A stretch of 64,000 nt of DNA from Nitrospirota bacterium (GTDB taxonomy: Bacteria; Nitrospirota; UBA9217): positions 864,001-928,000 of the forward strand of contig CAVTRN010000001.1 in the NCBI GenBank assembly GCA_963737155.1. Reading direction: 5' to 3'. The notes under the pieces are model-generated. The model ran no database searches. It worked only from the letters and a program-made list of their open reading frames with translations, and was not told the DNA's origin. A program made the position numbers and the translations under genes. Below are positions 44,753-54,119 of the stretch, piece after piece (position 1 is the stretch's first letter; the number at the start of each line of letters is the position of its first letter).

Positions 44753-44764
44753 CTCTATCTTTGA

Positions 44765-44796
44765 GGGGGAGCATTCTGGAAGCTCCCCCGTATTTT
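44765..44796 (+). terminator. Intra-operon hairpin (terminator or RNA-stabiliser)
   Basis: GGGGGAGC-ATTCTGGAA-GCTCCCCC followed by GTATTTT. Confidence 0.55.
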
Positions 44797-44977
44797 GGAC
44801 TTATTATTTATCACGCACAGAAACAAATAAAAAAAGCCATTTATCGCGAAGACGCAAAGAGCTCTAAGAACTTCTGAAATAATATTTAAGAATACTGCGT
44901 GTCTTGGTAGTCCAATTCGGTTTTGACTTTATATGACATTGTCAGAACTGCACTGGTTAAAGAAAAGAGGAGCGAGC

Positions 44978-45925
44978 ATGTTCCGATTAAGCAAAGAACA
45001 AAAAGTATTCACCATGGCTGGCATAAGGGTCGGTGGACAGCCGGCCGAAAACCCCCCTCTCCTGATCGCCTCGATGTTCCATAACAAGGATCGCATCGTG
45101 ACCGACCGGAAGGGGAACTTCGATCGCCAGAAGGCTGCGGACCTCATCAAAACGCAGGAGCAGCTTTCGGCTTCCACCGGCATTCCGTCCATGGTTGCCA
45201 TGGTGGCGAACACGCCAGAGGAAGCGAAGATTTACATCGATTTTTACCGCGAAACGACAGCCATGCCTTTTGGCATCGACATGTGGGTCGCGGAAAAAAG
45301 GGCACAGGCCACCGAATACGTGGCTAAGCTCGGTCTTCAGGACAAGTTTCTCTACAACAGCATTACTCCCTGGGACAAGGACATCAAGGGCCAGGTCCAA
45401 AAGCTCAAGGATCTCGGCATCAAGCACGTTGTAGTCCAGGCATTCGATGATGCCGATCAGTCGCCCGTGGGCCGCCTCAAGTCTCTCGAGAAGATGCTTT
45501 CCCAGGGCGCAGATGGCTTCGACACCGTTATTGTCGATACGTCGGTTATGAACCTGCCGGCCACGTCGTTCTCCCTCGTTGCAAACCGCATGATCAAGGA
45601 GAAGTTCGGCCTTCCCTGCGGCGGCGCCTATTCCAACGGTACGCACATGTGGAAGGAAGCGAAGACCCTGTGGAGTCTCGATGGATTCAAGGCCATGGAC
45701 GCCGTTATTCAGGGAATGGCTTCGGTGATGTGGAGCGACTTCAACTTCTACGGCCCCATCGTCACGGCGCCGCGTATCTTCCCTGCCGTGGCCGCAGCGC
45801 ATATTCTGCTGAGCACACTGGTCTACGATGAAACGCAGAAATTTTCGGACACGGCAAATTTACCGATTAAACAATATTTCGGCGATTTTATCAGTAAGCT
45901 GACGACAGGGGGCACGAGGAAATAA
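44978..45925 (+). CDS. mtrH: MtrH-family (MtrH/CmuB/MtgA-like) methylcorrinoid:pterin methyltransferase
   Basis: MFRLSKEQKVF..AGIRVGGQP.ENP.LLIASMF....IVTD, YNSI, IKEKFGLPCG, FYGPI..A..IFPAVA; no other mtr subunits in the window. Confidence 0.85.
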   Translation: MFRLSKEQKVFTMAGIRVGGQPAENPPLLIASMFHNKDRIVTDRKGNFDRQKAADLIKTQEQLSASTGIPSMVAMVANTPEEAKIYIDFYRETTAMPFGIDMWVAEKRAQATEYVAKLGLQDKFLYNSITPWDKDIKGQVQKLKDLGIKHVVVQAFDDADQSPVGRLKSLEKMLSQGADGFDTVIVDTSVMNLPATSFSLVANRMIKEKFGLPCGGAYSNGTHMWKEAKTLWSLDGFKAMDAVIQGMASVMWSDFNFYGPIVTAPRIFPAVAAAHILLSTLVYDETQKFSDTANLPIKQYFGDFISKLTTGGTRK

Positions 45926-46059
45926 GCGAATACAAGAAAACGGCTTTTTTCACGTACGAGCGACCGGGTGTCTAAAGAAGGAAGGCATGTTATTATGGCG
46001 GCCCGGGATGCTCCTAGCGCGTTGGACTTGAATTTGATTGATGTTTTTAAGGAGGATAC

Positions 46060-47091
46060 ATGACAACGAGTATGACTGCACGAGAACGGGTTCTGAAGCT
46101 CTTTGCCGGCGAAGACGTTGACCGGCCGCCGTGCTTCAGTGGCATGGGAAACGTGACCACCGAGGGCCTGAAAGCGCTGAATCAGAAATTTGCGGCCACG
46201 CATCTGGACGCCAAGATGATGGCTGCCGCGGCAGCCTCGACCTATCGGCTCTTCGGGTTCGAGTGCGGCGTGGCCCCCTTTGACCTCTGCATCGAGGCCG
46301 AGGCCCTTGGCTGCGAGATAAATGTGTACGCTCATTCCGAGGACCTGCTGTATCCCACGATCAAGAAAAAGCTGATCCACAACGAGGCCGAGATGGAGAT
46401 TGCCATCCCTTCAAACCTTACCGGGCGCGGAAGGGTGCCGCTCATGCTTGATGTGATCGGGCTCATGAAGAAGGACATCGGCAGCGAGGCCGCAGTCGGG
46501 TCCTACGTACTCGGCCCCTTTACCCTGGCAGGCCAGGTCATGGAGCTGAATGATCTTCTGAAGCTCTCCTTCAAGAAGCCGGACAAGATTGGCAGGCTGC
46601 TCGACCAGCTTTCGGATGTGATTATCCAGGTCGCAGGACAGTACGAAAAGGCAGGCGTCGACTATATCACGGTGCGGGAGATGGGCGCGACTTCTGATGT
46701 TCTCTCCCCGCGGGTGTTCAAGAGCCTGATTCTTCCCTATCTCAGGAAGATTTTCGAGAAAATAACTGTCCCGAGCGTGCTCCATATCTGCGGCAAGACG
46801 AACGACATCGTTCCTTTCATGGCCGAAAGCGGAGCAAAAGCAATCAGCGTGGACCAGAAGAACGACGTGGCTGAGACAAGGAAGAAGCTCGGCCCCAGAG
46901 CGCTCGTGTTCGGCAATTACGACCCCTACAATGTGCTGGTCGCGGGAACGCCTGAGCTGGTGCGTCAGACCATGAGGAAATGCATGGACGACGGCGTAAG
47001 CGCGGTATGGCCCGGTTGCGATATCTGGCCCACGGTCCCGGCGGAAAATTTCAAGATAATGATGGACGAAGTCAGAAATTACAGGAGGTAA
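46060..47091 (+). CDS. MtaA/CmuA (MT2) Zn-dependent methyltransferase 2
   Basis: MTARERVL, PFDLCIEAEALGC, GRVP, GPFTLAG, HICG and PGCDIW zinc ligands. Confidence 0.9.
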   Translation: MTTSMTARERVLKLFAGEDVDRPPCFSGMGNVTTEGLKALNQKFAATHLDAKMMAAAAASTYRLFGFECGVAPFDLCIEAEALGCEINVYAHSEDLLYPTIKKKLIHNEAEMEIAIPSNLTGRGRVPLMLDVIGLMKKDIGSEAAVGSYVLGPFTLAGQVMELNDLLKLSFKKPDKIGRLLDQLSDVIIQVAGQYEKAGVDYITVREMGATSDVLSPRVFKSLILPYLRKIFEKITVPSVLHICGKTNDIVPFMAESGAKAISVDQKNDVAETRKKLGPRALVFGNYDPYNVLVAGTPELVRQTMRKCMDDGVSAVWPGCDIWPTVPAENFKIMMDEVRNYRR

Positions 47092-47095
47092 TACC

Positions 47096-47788
47096 ATGGC
47101 AACGGAAGAGAAAAAGAAAGAACTCTTGGAAAAGCTCCGAAACGCCGTGATCCAGTATGATGAGGACACAGCCAAAGAAGCGGCCAATGAAGCGCTCAGC
47201 ACGGGCATGAATGCAAATGACGCCATCTTTAACGGACTCGTGAGCGGGATGGTCGAGGTGGGCCGCATGTTCGAGGCACAGGAGTACTTCGTGCCGGAAC
47301 TGCTCATGTGCGCCGATGCGCTCTACGCCGGCCTCGACATCCTGAAACCCCACGTGACGCAGCTCGACCTCGGGGTCAAGGGATCGGTGGTGATCGGGAC
47401 CGTCGAAGGCGATGTGCACGATATCGGCAAGAACATTGTCAAGATGATGTTCGACGTGGCCGGCTTCACGGTTTATGACCTGGGTCGCGACGTGCCCCTT
47501 GACAAATTCGTGCAGGAGCAGCTCCGGACTGATTCAGACCTGGTCTGCCTCTCGGCCATGATGACCACAACCATGACGGGCATGAAGAAAGTGATTGACG
47601 ATCTCCGAACCAGGAACCCGAATGTCAAGATAATGATCGGCGGTGCTCCCGTGTCTCAGGACGTGGCCGATAAATACGGCGCCGATGGCTACGCAAAGGA
47701 TGCGACGAACGCGCTCAAGGACGCAATCAACATGATCAGTTCACTCAAGAAAATGAAGGACGAGGCTGAAGCACGGAAAGCGAAATGA
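47096..47788 (+). CDS. Methyltransferase cognate corrinoid protein (MtaC-like)
   Basis: Cap domain EYFVPELL; base-off His-on motif GDVHDIGKNIV, LSAMMTTT, IGGAP, GADGY. Confidence 0.95.
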   Translation: MATEEKKKELLEKLRNAVIQYDEDTAKEAANEALSTGMNANDAIFNGLVSGMVEVGRMFEAQEYFVPELLMCADALYAGLDILKPHVTQLDLGVKGSVVIGTVEGDVHDIGKNIVKMMFDVAGFTVYDLGRDVPLDKFVQEQLRTDSDLVCLSAMMTTTMTGMKKVIDDLRTRNPNVKIMIGGAPVSQDVADKYGADGYAKDATNALKDAINMISSLKKMKDEAEARKAK

Positions 47789-48477
47789 ACCGGCTAATCA
47801 GGAAAGACCTGCTCGACCACGGCGCCGCAGTCGTCGGCTTTGCCGGGCTGCGGGGATTTTTGAGCGGAGAAATCGCCCATCTGGCGACTGCCGTGTCCAT
47901 CGGTGTGGATCGGAAGCTGAACGAGGACACACTTAGCCTGCTTATGAAGCTCCAAAAACGGGCGGTGCGGTTTTTGAAGTCCCGGGGCTATCGTACTCTG
48001 GCGATCCCGCCGGACTCGGACCGGGGGAAAGGGACTTTCATTTCAAAGCTCTACTCCCTGTTCAACCATAAGATGGCTGCTACCTCCGCGGGCCTGGGGT
48101 GGATCGGGAAGAATGGCCTCCTGATCAGCACGGAGTACGGACCGCGGCTTTCGCTGGTTACGGTGCTGACCGACGCCTCGCTCGATCCGGATGTTCCCAT
48201 GGAGTACAGTCTGTGCGGCGACTGCACGCTTTGCATGCAGTACTGCCCGTCGCAGGCGATCACGGGATTGGAATGGTCCCGGTCCTCGCCCTTTGCTGAA
48301 CTGGTGAAAACGGGCGCCTGCAGGAGCCACAAGGCGGCCAAGCGGGCAACAGACGGGAAACCTAACTGCGGGCTGTGCATCAATATCTGCCCCTATGGAA
48401 GACCGGTTGAAACCGAACAGGGAGTCAAGCTTAAGAAAAAACAGGCATCCGACAAGACACACAGCGGGCAGCAGTGA
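47785..48477 (+). CDS. QueG/reductive-dehalogenase-like 2x[4Fe-4S] protein
   Basis: HKMAATSAGLGWIGKNGLLI..EYGPR..L..VLTD, CGDCTLCMQYCP, C...CGLCINICP. Confidence 0.8.
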   Translation: MNRLIRKDLLDHGAAVVGFAGLRGFLSGEIAHLATAVSIGVDRKLNEDTLSLLMKLQKRAVRFLKSRGYRTLAIPPDSDRGKGTFISKLYSLFNHKMAATSAGLGWIGKNGLLISTEYGPRLSLVTVLTDASLDPDVPMEYSLCGDCTLCMQYCPSQAITGLEWSRSSPFAELVKTGACRSHKAAKRATDGKPNCGLCINICPYGRPVETEQGVKLKKKQASDKTHSGQQ

Positions 48478-48501
48478 AAGCATTTATTGGGGAGGCAGTG
48501 A

Positions 48502-50484
48502 ATGACCAGAAATTATAAAGTGATTTTCCAACCTGCGGGTAGGCGCGGCGAAATAGAAGAGGGTAGGACTATTCTGCAGGCCGCGCAATCCCTGGGCGTT
48601 GATATCGAGGCGCTCTGCGGCAACAAAAAGGTCTGTGGCAAATGCAAGGTCCGCATCGAAGAGGGTTACTTCGAGAAAGACAACATTGATTCGGGAATGG
48701 CGCATATTTTTCCCGCCGAGCCATCGGCTGATGAGCTGAAACACATTAAACCGCAGGACGGGCCAGGGATCAGGCTGGCGTGCCAGTGCGAGATCCGGGG
48801 TGACGTCAAGGTCTTTGTTCCAGAACGCTCACGGGCCGGAAAGCAGGTCGTGCGCAAGGCGGCCAAGGAGCTCACGATCGCGATCGACCCTGCGATAAGG
48901 AAATATAATGTCGACCTCAAAGCGCCGACGCTTCATGATATGACCACCGGAGATTGGGAGCGCGTGCTCACATTTCTAGAGGAGGACTACGGCCTCAAGG
49001 GGCTGACCTTCGATTATCTTGTGTTGAAGGACATCCAGGACGTCCTGCGCAAAGGCGACTGGAAGGCCACGGTTACGGTATGGATGGACAGGGAGATCAT
49101 CAAGATCGAGCCCGGCTTCGTTGAAGCGATCTACGGTCTTGCTGTCGATGTGGGTACAACGACCTGTGTCGGCTATCTCACCGACTTGACCACGGGGCAG
49201 GTGGTGAATACCGAATCGATGATGAACCCCCAGGTGCCTTACGGCGAGGACGTCATGTCGCGGATTACCTACGCCATGAGCAATCGAGACGGACTCGAGA
49301 CCATGCAGAAAGCGATTATCCAGGGCCTGAACGAGATTATCGAGCGTGTCGTTGTCGATGTTCATAAAGACGGCCCGGAACCCGGGCGGGTAATCGACGA
49401 CCTAACGATCGTTTTCAACACGGCCATGCATCATATATTCCTCGGTCTGAACCCCGAGTACATAGGGCGCTCGCCCTTCATACCCGCAGTCCAGAGTTCG
49501 CTCGACATCAAAGCGCGCGACCTCGGGCTCAGAATTAACCCTGCATCCTACATTTATGTGCTTCCCATTGAGGCGGGTTTCGTAGGTGCCGACAACGTAG
49601 GTGTGCTGATCGCCGAGGAACCCTATAATCAGGACGAGAACGTGCTGATTATAGACATCGGCACGAACGGCGAGTTGCTGCTCGGCAACCGGAACAGAGT
49701 CTGCTCCACATCTTGTGCCACTGGCCCAGCCTTCGAAGGCGCTCAGATCAAATTCGGCATGCGCGCCGCGCCGGGGGCTATCGAGACCGTTGAGATCGAT
49801 CCGCTGACTAGGGAGCCGCGCTATAAAGTGATAGGCAAGGCGGATTGGCATACCCATATTCAGCAGGTAAACGCCAAGGGCATCTGCGGGTCAGGCATCA
49901 TCCAAGTCGTGGCCGAGATGTTCAAGGCCGGCATTATCGATAAATCCGGTCGGTTCGTGATGGACCTGGGTACACCGAGGGTCAGGAAAGATGCTGAGGG
50001 CAAACCGGAATACGTGCTTGCTTGGGCTTCGGAAACCTCGATCAGCCAGGAAATAACCGTCACCCAGGGGGATGTGAGAGCGCTGCAGCTGGCGAAGGGG
50101 GCACTCTACACCGGGGCCAAACTCATGATGAAGCGGCTGGGAATCACCCAGCTCGACCGCGTCATCCTGGCCGGCGCCTTTGGTAGCCACATCGACCGGG
50201 AGGCCTCACTTACGCTTGGCATGTTCCCCGATTGCCCAATCGACAAGATATATGCCGTGGGCAACGCGGCCGGAGACGGTTCGCGTATGGCGCTACTGAA
50301 CAGGAGCAAACGGCGCGAGGCAAGCGAACGCGCGCGATGGGTTGAGTTCGTTGAGATCGCCACGGACCCGTTGTTCGAGCGGGAATTCATGATGGCTATG
50401 CATATTCCGCACATGAAGGACAAGTTCCCGAACCTGAAGGAACTGCTTGATAAGTCGAAGAGCCCCGTGGATATCAAGGCATAG
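48502..50484 (+). CDS. ATP-dependent reductive activator of corrinoid proteins (RACo, ASKHA/DUF4445)
   Basis: N-terminal [2Fe-2S] CGNKKVCGKC...RLACQ; DVGTTT, NPQVPYGEDVMSRI, GFVGAD, DIGTNGE, GICGSG, LAGAFG, GNAAG. Confidence 0.93.
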   Translation: MTRNYKVIFQPAGRRGEIEEGRTILQAAQSLGVDIEALCGNKKVCGKCKVRIEEGYFEKDNIDSGMAHIFPAEPSADELKHIKPQDGPGIRLACQCEIRGDVKVFVPERSRAGKQVVRKAAKELTIAIDPAIRKYNVDLKAPTLHDMTTGDWERVLTFLEEDYGLKGLTFDYLVLKDIQDVLRKGDWKATVTVWMDREIIKIEPGFVEAIYGLAVDVGTTTCVGYLTDLTTGQVVNTESMMNPQVPYGEDVMSRITYAMSNRDGLETMQKAIIQGLNEIIERVVVDVHKDGPEPGRVIDDLTIVFNTAMHHIFLGLNPEYIGRSPFIPAVQSSLDIKARDLGLRINPASYIYVLPIEAGFVGADNVGVLIAEEPYNQDENVLIIDIGTNGELLLGNRNRVCSTSCATGPAFEGAQIKFGMRAAPGAIETVEIDPLTREPRYKVIGKADWHTHIQQVNAKGICGSGIIQVVAEMFKAGIIDKSGRFVMDLGTPRVRKDAEGKPEYVLAWASETSISQEITVTQGDVRALQLAKGALYTGAKLMMKRLGITQLDRVILAGAFGSHIDREASLTLGMFPDCPIDKIYAVGNAAGDGSRMALLNRSKRREASERARWVEFVEIATDPLFEREFMMAMHIPHMKDKFPNLKELLDKSKSPVDIKA

Positions 50485-50514
50485 CAGCGGCAACCGGGCA
50501 GGTGAAAGGCGGCC

Positions 50515-50829
50515 ATGACAAAAGTCGTTGTACATTCGGGAGCGTGTGGTTTTATTGTTACAATACATGCGGTGAAGAGCACAGGAGGAACAATAACGCT
50601 TCGTATCGATACGGACTGCGAGATGGTAAAAAAGATGCTCGAGGACATCTCCGTTCTTGACCGGTTCGCGGCGCTCACCGCCTTCCAGCACAATCCCGTG
50701 TATCGCTCTGCAGCAAAACACCTGAAGCATGTTGCCTGCACCGCGCCAGCGGGAATCATAAAGGCGATCGAGGTCGAGGCTGCTCTAAACGTGCCAAAAG
50801 ACGCAGATATCTGCTTCGTGAAACCATAG
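50515..50829 (+). CDS. Small Cys-containing protein (DUF6951-like)
   Basis: GACGF, TDCEMV, HVACTAPAGIIKAIEVE pattern; family name from memory. Confidence 0.7.
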   Translation: MTKVVVHSGACGFIVTIHAVKSTGGTITLRIDTDCEMVKKMLEDISVLDRFAALTAFQHNPVYRSAAKHLKHVACTAPAGIIKAIEVEAALNVPKDADICFVKP

Positions 50830-50960
50830 CATCTGTCCGGCGCCTGGAGCATGCAGAGGGAAAAGACAAAAACCGACCGTTCATGGGTGGCGAACGCGCC
50901 GGCTGCATGGCCACCTCGAGTACATCAGCGTGTTATACTTAGTTTACGCGTGCTGAACGG

Positions 50961-51656
50961 ATGGATGTCATGGGGAAAATACTTATCACCGCAGCGTACT
51001 TCGTATTCGCTGTGTTCTGGATACGGTTTTTTACTCACGCGTTGATATGGTGGAATGCCGCATCGCGATTCCGGGGAACCGCCGGGCAGTCGATCCGGCC
51101 CTCCATGAAAGCATACGCGCTCACGGCAATGGACATGGTCTGTTTCGGGAAACTTCTTATGGTGAACCCGGCGCTCTGGCTGGGCGAGTGGGTATTCCAT
51201 GTCTCCTTTGTCCTGGTGTTGTTGAGGCATTTGCGGTTTTTTTTAAATCCTGCTCCTGAGTGCATATGGTGGGTCCAGACACCAGGCCTGATAGCCGGCT
51301 ATATCCTGCCGGTGTCGCTAGTCTACATCATGCTCGTCCGGTTTTTTTCAGGAAGGGAACGCTATACTTCACCGGCAAATATGTTTCTCCTCGGCCTCGT
51401 GCTTGTCATTAGCTCGCTCGGCGTTGCAATGCACCTGCTGTTCAAACCGAACCTTGTGGAGGTGAAGCTGTTCGTCCTGGGCATCCTGAGCTTCAGGCCT
51501 GTTGCAGCGCCTGAGAGCTTTCTGTTCGCGATTCATTTCTGCCTGGTCCTGGTCCTGATTCCCTTTCTCCCCACTCATCTTTTCTTTGCTCCCTTCGTGA
51601 TGATGGAGGCAAGAAAGCGGGAGCAGGCATTGCGTCTGGTAATGCATGAAAAATAA
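50961..51656 (+). CDS. NarI/DsrM/HdrE-like membrane b-type cytochrome
   Basis: About five TM helices with paired His: WVFH...LRHLRFF and AIHF...PTHL. Confidence 0.8.
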   Translation: MDVMGKILITAAYFVFAVFWIRFFTHALIWWNAASRFRGTAGQSIRPSMKAYALTAMDMVCFGKLLMVNPALWLGEWVFHVSFVLVLLRHLRFFLNPAPECIWWVQTPGLIAGYILPVSLVYIMLVRFFSGRERYTSPANMFLLGLVLVISSLGVAMHLLFKPNLVEVKLFVLGILSFRPVAAPESFLFAIHFCLVLVLIPFLPTHLFFAPFVMMEARKREQALRLVMHEK

Positions 51657-52863
51657 GCGTTCGTTCACAGAAGAGCTTCTCCCCCAACAGATCCTCGAAA
51701 TCGGTGCCTGTACTCGGTGCGGCGAGTGCCTCAAGCACTGCCCTGTTCAGGACGTGACGAGCAATCCCTCGATCTCCCCGCCTGAGAAAATCCGCATGTT
51801 TCGTGAATTTATCCGCTCTACCGATGGACTCAAGTCAACGCTCTTCGGGTCCGGGAACGTGGATCGGAAGCTGCTGGATGACTTTACCCGGGCGGTATAT
51901 GAATGTACTACGTGCGGTGCTTGCGGCCAGAATTGCCCGGTCGGCATCTTTACGCAACGTCTCTGGCCCATGCTTAGGAAAGAGATGGTCAAGCGGGGGC
52001 TTGGACCAATTGGCGCCCAGGCGAACATACCGAAGGCGATCATGAGCAGCGGCAATCCCTATGAGAAGCCATCGTCTGAACGATACCATCCGTGGTTCCC
52101 GAGATATGTGAAAATAGCGGACCGGTCGGAAATAGCCTATTATGCCGGTTGCACTGGTGCGTATGAAGCGCAGCCCATGGTTCGTGGTGATATCCTTGTG
52201 CTTGATGCGGTCGGAGCGCCCTTTACCATGCTTCCCCCGGAGGAAGAGGTCTGCTGCGGATTTCCCCTCTTCATTACCGGACAGCACGACCAGCTCACGG
52301 ACCTCATTATCCGCTTGGTGAAGGGATATGAGGCGCGGGGAGTGAAGATCTTGGTCTGCTCCTGCCCCTGCTGCGTGAATATCATGACCAGGGACTGGCC
52401 CCTGTTCTATGGCAAGTCGCTGCCCTTTAAGATACGGCACATTACGCAATATGTCTCTGATGCGATCAAGGATGGCAGACTGCGTGTGAAAAAGGAGCTG
52501 CGCGAAGCAGTGATCTACCATGACCCGTGCTACCTCTCGCGCGGTGTAGGAGTAATCGAGGAGCCGCGAAACGTGCTGAGGAGCATCCCGGGGCTTACTC
52601 TGCTGGAGTTCGAACACCACGGCGTCAACTCCCGTTGCTGCGGCTCGGGAGGGGCGGCAAGAAAGGTCTACAATGATAACGCGATCGCCATGGGCAGGCT
52701 AACGATCGACGAAGCGGTGGCAAAGAAGGCTGACCGGCTGATCCTAAGCTGCCCGGCCTGCTATGCCAAGGTAAACGAAGCCATGCAGGGACACAAGAAC
52801 CAGATCCGGATCACGGATATCATGGAACTGGTGAGCATCATGATTGAAGGTGACAGATCATGA
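51646..52863 (+). CDS. HdrD/DsrK/GlpC-like Fe-S oxidoreductase (2x[4Fe-4S] plus two CCG domains)
   Basis: CTRCGECLKHCP, CTTCGACGQNCP; YYAGC..VCCG..CPCC; YHDPC..RCCG..CPAC. Confidence 0.88.
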   Translation: MKNKRSFTEELLPQQILEIGACTRCGECLKHCPVQDVTSNPSISPPEKIRMFREFIRSTDGLKSTLFGSGNVDRKLLDDFTRAVYECTTCGACGQNCPVGIFTQRLWPMLRKEMVKRGLGPIGAQANIPKAIMSSGNPYEKPSSERYHPWFPRYVKIADRSEIAYYAGCTGAYEAQPMVRGDILVLDAVGAPFTMLPPEEEVCCGFPLFITGQHDQLTDLIIRLVKGYEARGVKILVCSCPCCVNIMTRDWPLFYGKSLPFKIRHITQYVSDAIKDGRLRVKKELREAVIYHDPCYLSRGVGVIEEPRNVLRSIPGLTLLEFEHHGVNSRCCGSGGAARKVYNDNAIAMGRLTIDEAVAKKADRLILSCPACYAKVNEAMQGHKNQIRITDIMELVSIMIEGDRS

Positions 52864-54119
52864 GTCATTTTTCTATTCGTTGTAGGAAGTGCGACAAAAC
52901 CCTTGAGAACACGTACTGTGTCTTTTGCGAACATTGCGCTGACGCGCTCTTGGTGACGGATTATCACCAGGCTCATTTCTCAGAACGCGCGGCCGGCGGC
53001 GCATGGCGATTCAACTGGCTGCCGGTGCACGAACCGCAGGCGGCTCAGCCCGGTCCCGTGGTGTACCGGTCCCAGGGTCTTGCCTGGAGTCTTGGTCTGG
53101 ATAATCTGTTTATTGCCTTTAACGGCTACTGGCCCGAACGCGGAGCGTTGCTCGAGACTTGTACATTCAAGGAATTCGAGGCGGCCGTCGTGCTCCAGAA
53201 TGCCCGTGAGAACGGTGTAGAAGGCCTGGTTGTCGCTTCTGCTGGAAACACGGCCCGGGCCTTCGCCCATCTTTCTGCGGTCACGGGTTTTCCGGTTATC
53301 ATTCTCGTGCCGCGAATGTGTCTCATGGAAATGTGGTACCTTGAAAGCAAAGCCACGATAGCTACGCTCGCGTTAGGTGACGGTGATTACGCCGATTCCA
53401 TCGATGTTGCCAAGCGGGTCGCCGCAACAATCGGGTTCCCCTTCGAGGGCGGCGTTAAGAACATAGCCAAGCGCGACGGTCTCGGCATCGTGATGCTCGA
53501 GGCGGTCTCGACGATTGGGAGACTACCTGACCACTATGTCCAGGCCGTGGGAAGCGGCACAGGTGCAATCGGCACCTGGGAAATGGCGGAACGTTTTGTC
53601 AAAGATGGACGTTACGGCTCCCGACTGCCTCTCATGCACCTCGGCCAGAATCTGCCATTTGCACCGATGCTTCATGCCTGGGAGCAGGGCAGCAGGACAC
53701 TGTTTCCCGACGACTTGAAGCCGGAGTTGATCTCTCGGATCACGACGCGGGTCCTTTCGACCCGCTATCCCGCATACTCGGTCATCGGCGGTGTTTACGA
53801 CATGCTCTCCGCAACCCGCGGAATCATGTATGGCATTGAAAATGACGAAGTCTATGCCGGCATGGAAATGTTCCAGAAGGCCGAAGGCATCGACATCGTT
53901 CCCGCCTCGGGCGTTGCGGTCGCCGTGCTCCGGGAGGCCCTGCATAGGAGGGCCATTAAAAGCAGCGATACTGTTCTCCTGAACATTACGGGCGGCGGAG
54001 AAGCGAGACTGCTGCAGGACAGAAAGACCCATGCTGTTGTGCCGAAGTACATATCCAGGAACATCACCGAGAGAGAGGTAGAGGATCTGCTGTGCCACAA
54101 CCTGAAGAAAAACTCATAG
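52860..54119 (+). CDS. Cysteate synthase (threonine-synthase-like PLP enzyme, Methanosarcinales type)
   Basis: AFNGYWPERGA..ETCTFKEFEA, ASAGNTARAF, EGGVKNIAKRDGLG, QAVGSGTG, LNITGGG. Confidence 0.85.
   Translation: MSHFSIRCRKCDKTLENTYCVFCEHCADALLVTDYHQAHFSERAAGGAWRFNWLPVHEPQAAQPGPVVYRSQGLAWSLGLDNLFIAFNGYWPERGALLETCTFKEFEAAVVLQNARENGVEGLVVASAGNTARAFAHLSAVTGFPVIILVPRMCLMEMWYLESKATIATLALGDGDYADSIDVAKRVAATIGFPFEGGVKNIAKRDGLGIVMLEAVSTIGRLPDHYVQAVGSGTGAIGTWEMAERFVKDGRYGSRLPLMHLGQNLPFAPMLHAWEQGSRTLFPDDLKPELISRITTRVLSTRYPAYSVIGGVYDMLSATRGIMYGIENDEVYAGMEMFQKAEGIDIVPASGVAVAVLREALHRRAIKSSDTVLLNITGGGEARLLQDRKTHAVVPKYISRNITEREVEDLLCHNLKKNS

Noticed and set aside
47096-48477. hgcAB mercury-methylation pair (corrinoid protein plus ferredoxin)
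   Set aside because: The corrinoid protein is DxHxxG Rossmann type with no N(V/I)WCAAGK cap helix and no TM domain.
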